This document shows positions 1 through 8,900 of a stretch of 27,059 nucleotides of DNA, in pieces. The stretch's first letter is position 1. Every line of letters starts with the position of its first letter. A program made the translations under genes and the position numbers. The notes under the pieces are model-generated. The model saw only the letters and a program-made list of their open reading frames with translations. It was not told the origin of the DNA and searched no databases. The stretch is from a virus (Duplodnaviria; Caudoviricetes), in IMG/VR virus record IMGVR_UViG_3300037212_000025, positions 1 through 27,059 of that record; one strand, written 5' to 3'.

Positions 1-258
1 GATTTGCTGCTTCCGGATGTCGCCTGGATCGGGCGTGAAGTTGTAGGCGATGAAAAACTCGCCGTCGGCTGGCGCGTGCCCGTCGCACTGACTTGCGAAA
101 GTACCGCCAGACCCAACCGCATCGCGACTGTCTTGCCACACTCCGGGCGACAGTTCGTTCCAATTCGGAAAGATGCGCCCGAGACAAGAATAGTCGCCGT
201 TGTAGACGAAGTCAGCCTGAACGAGCGCCACCGTCGGGTCCGGGATGTAGCAGGGGAA
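1..258. repeat. Copy 1 of a direct repeat shared with 8007-8264
   Basis: Bases 1-106 are identical to 8007-8112. Bases 107-258 align without gaps to 8113-8264, with many third-codon-position differences. Confidence 0.97.
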
Positions 259-1419
259 GACCTGCTCCTGAGAGACCATCGGCGGGTTGACGATGTCCAC
301 CACGGTGGCGTTCTCGATCGAGAGGTCGCACGTGATCCCAGCCGCCCGCTTCGCGTTCATCTCTTCGAGGATGGCAGCCAAGGACGCCGTCACGGTCGGG
401 TGCTGAGCAATGTCGGGATACCCGTCCACCGGGTCGTCACAGAAGCTACGGTCCGCGTAGAAGACTAGATCGTCGGGCTCGATGAGGTTGCCGAGAATCG
501 CCTCGCGGAAGTAGGCCCTGCCCTCACGAATCGACGGCATGGCGCACGTGCGCAGCGGCTGCTTGGCCCCAATGTCCACGCCGAGCGCATCCTCGCAAAA
601 GGCGTCGTCGGCGTAGGGCGAGTCACCGTAGATGAGCCCAATCGCCGCGCGGGCCAAGTCGCTCGACTGGTCCAGCGCTGGCTCAATCACGTAGCACGGC
701 GGCAGCCCGGCCTGAGCCTGCGCCCCGCGAACCGCTTCCTGCACGGCGATCGGTGAGATGGCATCGGGTATCTGGCGGATGCGGGCCCGGTACGCCTCGC
801 CGTCTTCTCCGGCCTGGCGCCGGCACGCACGCTCATCCCCAAGCGGCGACAGCCAGTCCATCTGTGCGCCAGCAATGGCCGTGCTCGATACGTAGTCCAG
901 CGAGCTGTAGCTGGGTGACAGCACCTTCTCGCCGCCGCTGCCGTAGATGGTCGGGGCGTCCGGGGAGATCGCAGCCACGATGCTGCCCGCAACGTCCAGA
1001 GCATCGTCGAAGGCAGGATCGACGGTGTTCACAAGATCAATCTGGCGCAAGCTCCGCAGCGAAAAGACAATCGTCGACTGCGACGAGCCGACCGCGATGT
1101 CGCTCGTGGTGACCATCTCGATTCCGGCGCCCGTCACGAACGGGAATCCGCTCGGGATCGCGATCGTCGTCCCCGTCGAGCTGCGGGTTGCCGTCAGGGC
1201 GCACGTCCCAGCCGAGCCCGTCGGGGCGTCGGAGATCAGCATCGATGCCGTCTGCTCGTCGATGGCGTCGCTCGCCCTCGCCGCGATGGCCGTGGCCGCG
1301 TTGATGATGGCCTTCCCGTCCGGCTGATTCAGCATGCCTCGCAGCCAAGTCTCGTCGCAGGTACGCCGGACGATGTCCAGCGCTTGGTCCTGCGTGAGTT
1401 GGATTTCGACGTTAGGCAT
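1..1419 (-). CDS. P2 gpI-like baseplate wedge protein fused to a fibre-type module; 3' end outside the window; absent from the ORF track
   Basis: Hand translation from ATG 1419 (overlapping the end of the J gene) is open for 473 codons: MPNVEIQLTQDQALDIVRRTCDETWLRG...LGDERACRRQAGEDGEAYRARI...EEMNAKRAAGITCDL...VFPCYIPDPTVALVQADFVY...KQQI. The RxxGExxExYRARI and KxAG motifs and the position after J fit gpI-like wedge proteins. Confidence 0.75.
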   Translation of the reverse strand, partial: MPNVEIQLTQDQALDIVRRTCDETWLRGMLNQPDGKAIINAATAIAARASDAIDEQTASMLISDAPTGSAGTCALTATRSSTGTTIAIPSGFPFVTGAGIEMVTTSDIAVGSSQSTIVFSLRSLRQIDLVNTVDPAFDDALDVAGSIVAAISPDAPTIYGSGGEKVLSPSYSSLDYVSSTAIAGAQMDWLSPLGDERACRRQAGEDGEAYRARIRQIPDAISPIAVQEAVRGAQAQAGLPPCYVIEPALDQSSDLARAAIGLIYGDSPYADDAFCEDALGVDIGAKQPLRTCAMPSIREGRAYFREAILGNLIEPDDLVFYADRSFCDDPVDGYPDIAQHPTVTASLAAILEEMNAKRAAGITCDLSIENATVVDIVNPPMVSQEQVFPCYIPDPTVALVQADFVYNGDYSCLGRIFPNWNELSPGVWQDSRDAVGSGGTFASQCDGHAPADGEFFIAYNFTPDPGDIRKQQI

Positions 1420-2536
1420 AGGTGACCTGCGTGGGCAGGATCCTCAGCATCGTGTTGGTGGTGGCGGGGACGACGTCGCCGGCCGGGAGGCGGAGCGAGC
1501 TGTCGCTGATGATGAGACCGGGAATCTGCTGCGCGGCCGTGATGAGCTTGGCCCGGTAGAGCGTTCCGCGGCCCGGGCCCGGCGGTAGGTACTGCGCCAC
1601 AGCCACTGTAACAGCCGTGAGCCGCTGAATGGCGAGAGCCTCACTGGTGCCAGAGGTGAAAGCCGGCGCCCACTGGACGGCCTGGTAGGCCACCTGCCCA
1701 ATCAGGACCGAGACCGGGATGCCCAGCGACCGGTAGCCGAGAAGCGAGCTGGCCACGGCCGTTACCATGTCGCTGGTGGCATTTCCGTTCAGGTCGCCGA
1801 TCACGAGCTGGACGAAGGCGGCCGGCATGCTGTTGGACGGATTGAGCGACTCGCTGGCGGTCGCCACCGCGATCCCAGGAACCTGCATGGCACCGAACTC
1901 AATCGCGCCTAGGGTGCCCCGGCTGAGCGTCGGGAAGAAAGCCAGGTACCGACCCAGGAACGGGATGTCGTCCTCGGTGTCGAGCCCGCCTGCGGCCGGC
2001 GCAGGATTGGTCACCGTAAGGTGGCTGTCGAACGGGCTCGTGCCGAACCCGACGATCTCGCCCGCGCCGACATTGCCATCGACGCCAGCGACGAGCGCCT
2101 TGGCTGCGACGTAGGCCGTGGTGGTAAAGCCTCCAAAGACGGCGTCCGTCTCCGTGGCAAACTGCACACCGCTTGCGGTCGTCACGACTGACGATGCGGC
2201 GAACGTGCCCGGGGTGGAGCTCCCAGGCGTCGGGCGGCCGAGCACGAGGTCGACCGTCGCCGGGTTGGCGCCGAACCGCAGGATGCGGCTTCCCGTGCGG
2301 TCGGAAATGAGCTGATCGAGCTGCGACCCGCGCGCGAGCTCGGCGAATGCCCCGCGCTGCCCCTTGGCCCCGCGGGCGGCGACGTTCTCGGCCAGCACGG
2401 AGAACATGCCGACGACGACGTTCAGGTCGCTTCCTGGTACGTCGACGAGAGCAGGGCTGAGCCGAATGCCTGGCGTGCCGGCGATGGCGGCGCGGCCGAT
2501 CGATGCGAGTTCCTGTCTCGTGATTAACATTGACAT
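1412..2536 (-). CDS. Baseplate J-like protein (P2 gpJ / Mu gp47 type)
   Basis: 374 aa with LDQL...ATVDL..GR, SGVQFAT, ALVAGVDGNVGAGEI, VTNPAPAAGGLDTEDD and GTLGAIE..A..VPGI, the typical baseplate J signature series. It follows a gp25-like gene. Confidence 0.9.
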   Translation of the reverse strand: MSMLITRQELASIGRAAIAGTPGIRLSPALVDVPGSDLNVVVGMFSVLAENVAARGAKGQRGAFAELARGSQLDQLISDRTGSRILRFGANPATVDLVLGRPTPGSSTPGTFAASSVVTTASGVQFATETDAVFGGFTTTAYVAAKALVAGVDGNVGAGEIVGFGTSPFDSHLTVTNPAPAAGGLDTEDDIPFLGRYLAFFPTLSRGTLGAIEFGAMQVPGIAVATASESLNPSNSMPAAFVQLVIGDLNGNATSDMVTAVASSLLGYRSLGIPVSVLIGQVAYQAVQWAPAFTSGTSEALAIQRLTAVTVAVAQYLPPGPGRGTLYRAKLITAAQQIPGLIISDSSLRLPAGDVVPATTNTMLRILPTQVTYA

Positions 2537-2542
2537 TTGCGC

Positions 2543-3319
2543 CTAGACCTTAATCCCACTCTCGCTGAATTTGACGGTGTTGTCGAAGGTTTCCCCGCTG
2601 TTGGTCTGCCCTTTTATTCCCAGCTCCACCCATCCCCGAGCGTCGAGGGACACGCTGGTTGATGACGAGGCGATGTCGGGCTGCTGCTGAATCTGCTGGC
2701 GAAGGTCGGTCCGCAGTCCGTTCAGCATCGAAAGGGTGCCCGGCTTCTTGATGTCGACCTTCAGTCCGAAGTTGGGCAGCCACATGAACCGACCGAGCGC
2801 CGTGAAGACGATTCGCCATACGCGCTTCGTCGTCGACTCCAGTCCTTGGTGGCTCGCCCAGTCGCCGGCCTGGACCGTGATCCCTCCAGCGAACGGGTTG
2901 CTCGCCAGATCCACCGGCAGGACCTTGCGCCGCAGTTGGCGAGTCGCCGCCGGCCTGCTTGCCCCGATGCAGGATGCTGAAAACGGAGACGACAACGCGT
3001 CGCCGAGGAGGGAACGGACGGCGGAGGCCACCGTCACCTGGTAGGTAAGCCCTACGACCACGGGCCGGTCTACCTGGACGTCACAGCCCACCTCGCCGGC
3101 TGCGGTTACGCCATAGGCTGGGAACGCGGCGACCGCGGGCAACACCGCTATGGCGCGCAGTGGTTGCCCGGCCCCCTGCACGATCGCGACGGCGTAGTTG
3201 GCCGCATTGCGGGCGTCGTCGATGCCGGCGGTGCTGCGGTGGCGCGGCTCCTCGGAAAACACCACGCGGACTACCTGACCACCAATGGCAACGGCTCGGC
3301 GAACGGTGAAACTAGGCAT
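2543..3319 (-). CDS. Baseplate wedge / sheath initiator (gpW/gp25-like) with an N-terminal Ig-like domain
   Basis: C-terminal half has R..FTALGRFMWLPNFGL and LRQQIQQQPDI (gp25-like). N-terminal half has VRVVFSEE...NAANYAV...GLTYQVTVASAVRSLLGDAL (Big_5/SbsA-like Ig pattern). It lies directly upstream of J. Confidence 0.7.
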   Translation of the reverse strand: MPSFTVRRAVAIGGQVVRVVFSEEPRHRSTAGIDDARNAANYAVAIVQGAGQPLRAIAVLPAVAAFPAYGVTAAGEVGCDVQVDRPVVVGLTYQVTVASAVRSLLGDALSSPFSASCIGASRPAATRQLRRKVLPVDLASNPFAGGITVQAGDWASHQGLESTTKRVWRIVFTALGRFMWLPNFGLKVDIKKPGTLSMLNGLRTDLRQQIQQQPDIASSSTSVSLDARGWVELGIKGQTNSGETFDNTVKFSESGIKV

Positions 3320-3511
3320 GGCTGATTCTACCCTTCTCCACTGAACTGGCGTTCATCTTGTGCATCACGCGGAACGGGCGCACGCTTTTCGAATGCCTGC
3401 CAGCATGACCCACTTTCCGCCGTCCCAGGTTGCGCACGTGTCCCCTGTAGCTGGCAGGCTTTGGGGTCCTGATACGTGCGTGACCTTGGGCGGCCGACTT
3501 TGGAGGACGTC

Positions 3512-3886
3512 ATGAAGAACCTAGTTTTGGCATTGGCAATTTCCCTCACACTCGCAGCTTGCGGCGACGGCGGCATGCAGGGCCTGGCAGGCGGCGACGC
3601 GGGAGCAATCGACGCTGAGGCAGTAGCCGTCGATAGCCAGCCGGCCGTCGTGGGCGTCGATGCTCAGCGTTCCTTCGATACCGCCCCGATTCCTGACGCT
3701 TCCCAGTGCTTCCCAGGAACGCACTCCATTGGTATCGACCATGGAAAGCCCGTCTGTGTGCTCGATACTCCCGACGCCAATCCCGATGCGGATCCCTGCG
3801 GTCCGCTGGCCGTCCTTGTGGTCACGCTCGACAGTGGCGTCCACATGTGCGGTCCGCTCCCGAGCCACGATGCGGGCGGCCAGTAG
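3512..3886 (+). CDS. Small lipoprotein (moron-like; possible superinfection exclusion or surface factor)
   Basis: GGAGG RBS before ATG 3512. MKNLVLALAISLTLAA-C is a signal peptide II with LAAC lipobox, followed by an Asp/Ala-rich linker and two Cys pairs. It is the only convincing plus-strand gene. Confidence 0.8.
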   Translation: MKNLVLALAISLTLAACGDGGMQGLAGGDAGAIDAEAVAVDSQPAVVGVDAQRSFDTAPIPDASQCFPGTHSIGIDHGKPVCVLDTPDANPDADPCGPLAVLVVTLDSGVHMCGPLPSHDAGGQ

Positions 3887-3952
3887 GCCAAGAGCTGCCC
3901 CAACCGCGAAAACGACGATTGCGATGATGGTGTCGGCGTGAATGTCCTTCAT
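3521..3952 (-). CDS. Possible membrane-anchored small protein or gene remnant, antisense-overlapping the lipoprotein
   Basis: ATG 3952 overlaps the TGA of the Thr-rich gene (ATGA). It begins MKDIHADTIIAIVVFAVGAALGLLAARIVAR, a single TM-like helix. The rest is antisense to the lipoprotein. Confidence 0.35.
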   Translation of the reverse strand: MKDIHADTIIAIVVFAVGAALGLLAARIVARERTAHVDATVERDHKDGQRTAGIRIGIGVGSIEHTDGLSMVDTNGVRSWEALGSVRNRGGIEGTLSIDAHDGRLAIDGYCLSVDCSRVAACQALHAAVAASCECEGNCQCQN

Positions 3953-5928
3953 TGGGGGACCACGGCCGGGTTTGTAGGTGTCAGGATGAATCGCCCACCA
4001 ACATCTCCTCCTGGGGAGGATACGGCGCATGTCCCGCCTGTGAACGCGCCCACCCTCACTGAAATCGAGTTTCCTAAGAATAGCCCTTGTGTTCTGGCCA
4101 CTGCCGTCACGTCCGCCCCTGCGGAAAGGGTGTAATTGTTGTTGCTCAGTTGCGACGAGTCGCCGTAGAGATAAAGCGAGCACTCCGTAGAACTGCCGCC
4201 AGTGTTCTTCAAATTCGCCGTTACCTCAATATCCTCGTACCCTTGCACGGAGCCGTACGTGTATGCTGTAGAGATGCCGCTTGTCACGCTTGTTGTTCCC
4301 GACGGCACGCCTGGAACAACGAATCTGCGACTCAATGAGGACCTGTCTCCGGCTACCCACGGTCCGTTGATTGACGTGTAATGCCCGCTTGTTGCGCCTA
4401 TCGTGATTGTCGGAGTTCCCGACGCGGAATCCATTGCCGAGATGAAGACAGCAAGCTGAGAATTCGCAGGGAGCAGCAGCCCGCTTGGCAAGGGTATTGT
4501 TGCGCTGTACATCGTCCAAGACGCGGATGTCACCGTGATCCACACGTAGCCGACGCTTCCGCCGTATCCTGGCATGACGAGCGGTTGAATCAACACGTTA
4601 ACCTGACTCGTCGCCTTCGCCCACAGATTGATAGTAATCGTTCCTGAGGGAATCCATTTAGGAGCGGTGGCCAGTTCCGGACGATTCACCAGAGAGCAGG
4701 GATTTCCGCTAGCTGAGTACGATGGATCACAAGGTTGCGCGCTGTAGAAGACGTTTTGTATAGAGCCTCCGGCGGTCAGGGTGAGAGACGGGTCAGACTG
4801 TGTTTCTCCCGCAGGGACAGTCACGAATGCCGCCGATGCTGACCCCCCAAGGGGATAGTAGACACCCGCCACGAGATACGACGTCCCTCTTGGATCAACA
4901 ACCACTGGAACCACTGGCGGAACATACGTGATCGTCGTTGGCAGCGTGGCGGTGGTGGCGGTGGCGGAAGACGTGTCAGTGACGGTGCCAGTGGTGGTGC
5001 CAGATGCGGAACCGGTGAACGTGACCGTAGCGGTGGCGGAGCCCGTGAACGTTCCGGTTGCTGTCACAGCTCCCGTGTTCGTCACAGTTCCCGTGGCAGT
5101 ATAGTTCCCACCGCCGTACGTATTTGTCCCCGTTCCAGTTCCCGTCTCGTTTGTGGCGAATGTTCGGCTGGCTGTAAATGTCCCGGTTTGCGTGAACGTG
5201 CTAGACGCCGAGACGGTCGCCGTCTGCGTAGTCGTCGCAACCACGCTTGCCGTCTGTGTGCCTGTGACGGTTGCCGTCGCCGTCGCCCCAGATGTCCCAG
5301 TTACCGTACCAGTAACGGTCACGGAACCAGTCCCGGATACTGTGCCAGTCCTAGTCAACGTCGCGGACCCCGTCACAGTCACAGTGTTTGTAAGCGTCGC
5401 TGTAGAAATGTTCGTAACGGTCACGTAATGGGAGGCGGTGGTGGTCGATGTTTGTGTCCAAGTGTAGACTGGGGTCACAAAAGCGAAGGTTCCCGTGTTG
5501 ACCTGACTGCCGGTGAAGGTGAGTGTTTGAGAACTAGGAAGCGTGCCTGTGCCGGTCGACGTTCCCGTTCCACTCACCGTTGCGGACGCGGTCGCCGTGC
5601 TCGTACTTGTCGCCGTGATGAACTGAATCCCGCCCGCGCCGTAGAGGGTGCCTCCAGATGCCGTCACCGTGGCTGTCACTGGCTGACTCGGCGTCTGGTA
5701 GAACGTCCCGGTCCCGGTCGCCGTGGTCGTGCTCGTGGTCGTGCTGGTCTTCCCGGCGCAAACCATGCCCGTCGGGCAGACGACAGTGAACATTGGCGTC
5801 TCGGACGCGCATAGATTGTTCGTCGCCGTGCAGACGTGGGCATAGCCCTTATAGTTCTCGGGGACGGCGTACGGGATTGCCGAGAACGTGAGAGCGATTC
5901 CGAACAGGACTGAGACGAGTTTTCTCAT
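3949..5928 (-). CDS. Thr-rich protein (659 aa) with signal-peptide-like N-terminus and C-terminal beta-sandwich-like domains
   Basis: Start reassigned to ATG 5928, which overlaps the upstream stop (ATGA): MRKLVSVLFGIALTFSA. Four Cys follow near the N-terminus, then ~330 aa of (T/S)-X alternation, then globular beta-rich domains. Confidence 0.8.
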   Translation of the reverse strand: MRKLVSVLFGIALTFSAIPYAVPENYKGYAHVCTATNNLCASETPMFTVVCPTGMVCAGKTSTTTSTTTATGTGTFYQTPSQPVTATVTASGGTLYGAGGIQFITATSTSTATASATVSGTGTSTGTGTLPSSQTLTFTGSQVNTGTFAFVTPVYTWTQTSTTTASHYVTVTNISTATLTNTVTVTGSATLTRTGTVSGTGSVTVTGTVTGTSGATATATVTGTQTASVVATTTQTATVSASSTFTQTGTFTASRTFATNETGTGTGTNTYGGGNYTATGTVTNTGAVTATGTFTGSATATVTFTGSASGTTTGTVTDTSSATATTATLPTTITYVPPVVPVVVDPRGTSYLVAGVYYPLGGSASAAFVTVPAGETQSDPSLTLTAGGSIQNVFYSAQPCDPSYSASGNPCSLVNRPELATAPKWIPSGTITINLWAKATSQVNVLIQPLVMPGYGGSVGYVWITVTSASWTMYSATIPLPSGLLLPANSQLAVFISAMDSASGTPTITIGATSGHYTSINGPWVAGDRSSLSRRFVVPGVPSGTTSVTSGISTAYTYGSVQGYEDIEVTANLKNTGGSSTECSLYLYGDSSQLSNNNYTLSAGADVTAVARTQGLFLGNSISVRVGAFTGGTCAVSSPGGDVGGRFILTPTNPAVVPQ

Positions 5929-8900
5929 GAGAGTGGACCCCACGTGAGTTGAAAGCATGGCGACTGTGGAAGCTCGGTGGCGTAATACGTGACCCCGATG
6001 CGGGCTCCCGCTGGGAGCGTGTCTAGGTTGTCTGGTGTGCTTCCGTCCATGTGCGAGGTGAGGAACTTGCAAACACCTGTCCCGAGCCCTGGGGCCTCTC
6101 CGATGATGGAGCACGACTGGAGGAACGTGAGCGCGATGTCGATGCCTGTCTCAAGTCCTTCCGCGTGCATTCCCTGAAGAACAGGGTTCCCGTCGACAGT
6201 GACAACCATTTTCTTCTTGGTCGGCACCGGCACAATGCCGCTCGCGGTGGTGCAAGTACCTACGCCAAAGTGGTTGTTGACGGTGTCTCGGCCCGACAGG
6301 TGATCGTGCACGCCGTCGCTCGCGCCACTGACCGGCATCACGAACGGCACCGTGAGCTTCGTCCCGCGCGCCGAGCTGTTGTAAGCCATCGTCATCGTCA
6401 CCGGCGTGGCGCTGTTGGTGCGCAGGTACCACTTCACCTGCAGTCGACGATCAGGCGAGAACGAGTATGGCGCCGAAAGCGGAGAACCGACGAACCGCAC
6501 CGCCCGAGCGGCCGTTATGGCTGACGAGTCGAGGATCATGATGACCGCTCCCCCGTTGTCCACGTCGATCAGCTTTACCCGCAGCAGCGCCACCGCTCCG
6601 CCGGAGATGCCAGATGCCGACGCCGACTCGACGTCTACCGCATACGGACCGATGCCAAGCTCGGCCACGCCAAGCGCCAGCGAGTCAAAGTGATGGGGAA
6701 ACTCGGTATCCGCAAACGACCCGCCGCCGAAGCCGCTGCCCCCCGTGACGCTCATTTCTAGGTAGGTGGTTAGAGCTCCCTCGCTCGTGAGCTGCGGGCC
6801 GGTGAGCGCTTCGTACTTATCGTCTGTCGTTGGCGCGTCGCCAGTGGTCCACGACCAGTCCATCGCCGTCGTTCCGAGGACGACGCTTGTGCTGTTCAGC
6901 GTGAAGTAGCCGCCTCCGTACGTGTCGCCGTTGTCGCACTGGAACATCATCCCGTGCACGAAGGCTGCCGAGTAGGAATAGTCGGGCGCCCGGTGCATGC
7001 GGGCGTGCGTCTGGATGAAGGTTTGCTCAGGCGTGCCGTAGTTCTCGATGTGCCCGCCGACATCGTCGACGATCCATGGTCCGGTCAGCTTCTTGCTCGC
7101 ATCGTCGATCGATACGTCGAAGGCAAAGACTGTATTGCCAATCCTCCGAGAGACACCCGTCGGGTTGTCCTCATTTACGGGCATGCCATCGAACTGGACC
7201 AAAGATAGCGGACCGGTGACATCCCTCTGCATGATTCCCGGTGAGATCTCCGTCCATCCCGCAAAGATGGCGACGACACCGTCGGGCTGCCAGGTGACCT
7301 GAAAACGGGAGAACCGCGAGGGCTCCTGGAACGTCCAGTTCAGGACGACTCCGGTCGAAGGGTCGTTCGAACCGTGCGCGAATACGCCGCACTGAACGAC
7401 GTCGGTCGAGACGGTCGTCACGGGCGCGGCGAGTGTGCCTGTGAATTCGTAGATGTCGTCGGTGGTTGAGGTAATCGGTCCAGACGTCATGCTCAAGAAC
7501 GGCACGTCCGTCGTGTTGTCTGCGTGCTTAATCCACCATCGAACCTCGGCGGATGTCGTCACTGCAACGCTGTTGCGCAACAGGAGCCACGCTCTAAAAG
7601 TCCCTGCTGGAATAGACGTCACGCCGAGCGGCTTGCTCGTGAAGGTCGGGCCGATCTGCAATCCGCCTGGCTCAAACGTCGACCAGGCTGGCTGGTTTCC
7701 GTATTGCGTCCTGCTGTTCGCACCTTCGGCGACCATCTGCGCGGAAGACAGAAGTTCTTCTTTGGAGGCCGTCGGCGTATAGCTGCTGAGCACTTCCCAG
7801 TACATGTCCGTCGTGTCGAGCGTGATTGGCTGCGCGGTCAGCAGGTGGAACCACTTGCCCGCGTAAAGCAAGCCGTTGCGGACATAGAGGTGAAGGCCTG
7901 CAACGTACGCACTTCCGTCCTGATAGTCAGCCGCGCGCTGAACCGTGACCTTCGAGTAGACAGTCGATCCGCCGACGACGTGCACGCCACAATCCACGAC
8001 TTGGTAGATTTGCTGCTTCCGGATGTCGCCTGGATCGGGCGTGAAGTTGTAGGCGATGAAAAACTCGCCGTCGGCTGGCGCGTGCCCGTCGCACTGACTT
8101 GCGAAAGTACCGTAGGAGCCAAGGGCTGGGTAACTGTCTTGCCACACGCCCGGAGACAGCTCGTTCCAGACCGGAAAAATGCGCCCGAGACAACCGTAGT
8201 CGCCCTGATACACGAAGTCCGCCTGAACCAGCGCGACTGTCGGATCGGGGATGTAGCACGGGAAAAGCACTTCCGAACTCTTGAACGGGCAGTACACGTC
8301 CCCGCGAAAAAGCGACGCCCCTACCTTGGCGGTATAGAGCGTACTCGTCGCGAGAGCAGGAGGCGGAGGCGCCGGGTTGGCTGGGTGAATGTGTCCCTTG
8401 GCGGTGGCCTGACCGCTGGCGAGATCTCCGGCGTTCCCTATGCCGTCTGGAAGCGGAATGTCCGACGACAGCGTTACCCCTCCACCGCCTCCTCCGCCAC
8501 TGACTCCCGCTACCTGCACCCATGCCGTCGCCGGAATGCCGGACTTCCACCACAGCGACGAGAACGCTCCCGCGCCATCGACCATCACCACGAACGACGG
8601 GATCGGCAAGTCGAAGCCAGCCCCGGTGTTGGGCGCCGTGGTCACGGTGCCGCCGTAGCCTGGCGCGTGCGTGATGACTGCGTTGCCCATAACCTGGGCC
8701 ATCAATCGGTTGAGATCCGCGATGATCGCGTCTTGGGTTGCCTGGTCCAGCGTTGGGAAGTCAGGGTAGAGCGCCAGGAAGTCTGCGGCGGCGGTCTTCT
8801 GAACGGCGTACGTGTCGTTGCCGATCCCGCGGCCGGTCCACGCGTTGTTCATCGTGGGCGGATAAATGTTGTCGACCCGCCAGGTGACCGCGTCCTGGTC

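Noticed and set aside
5929-6114. ORF-track N-terminal extensions (starts 6114, 15361, 18956, 19503, 20048, 20761, 3476)
   Set aside because: Most overlap upstream genes; downstream starts have an RBS and/or stop-start coupling.
1-8264. Repeat pair as the template/variable repeats of a diversity-generating retroelement
   Set aside because: Mismatches are largely synonymous and involve all bases rather than adenines, both copies lie inside long ORFs, and no reverse transcriptase is in the window.
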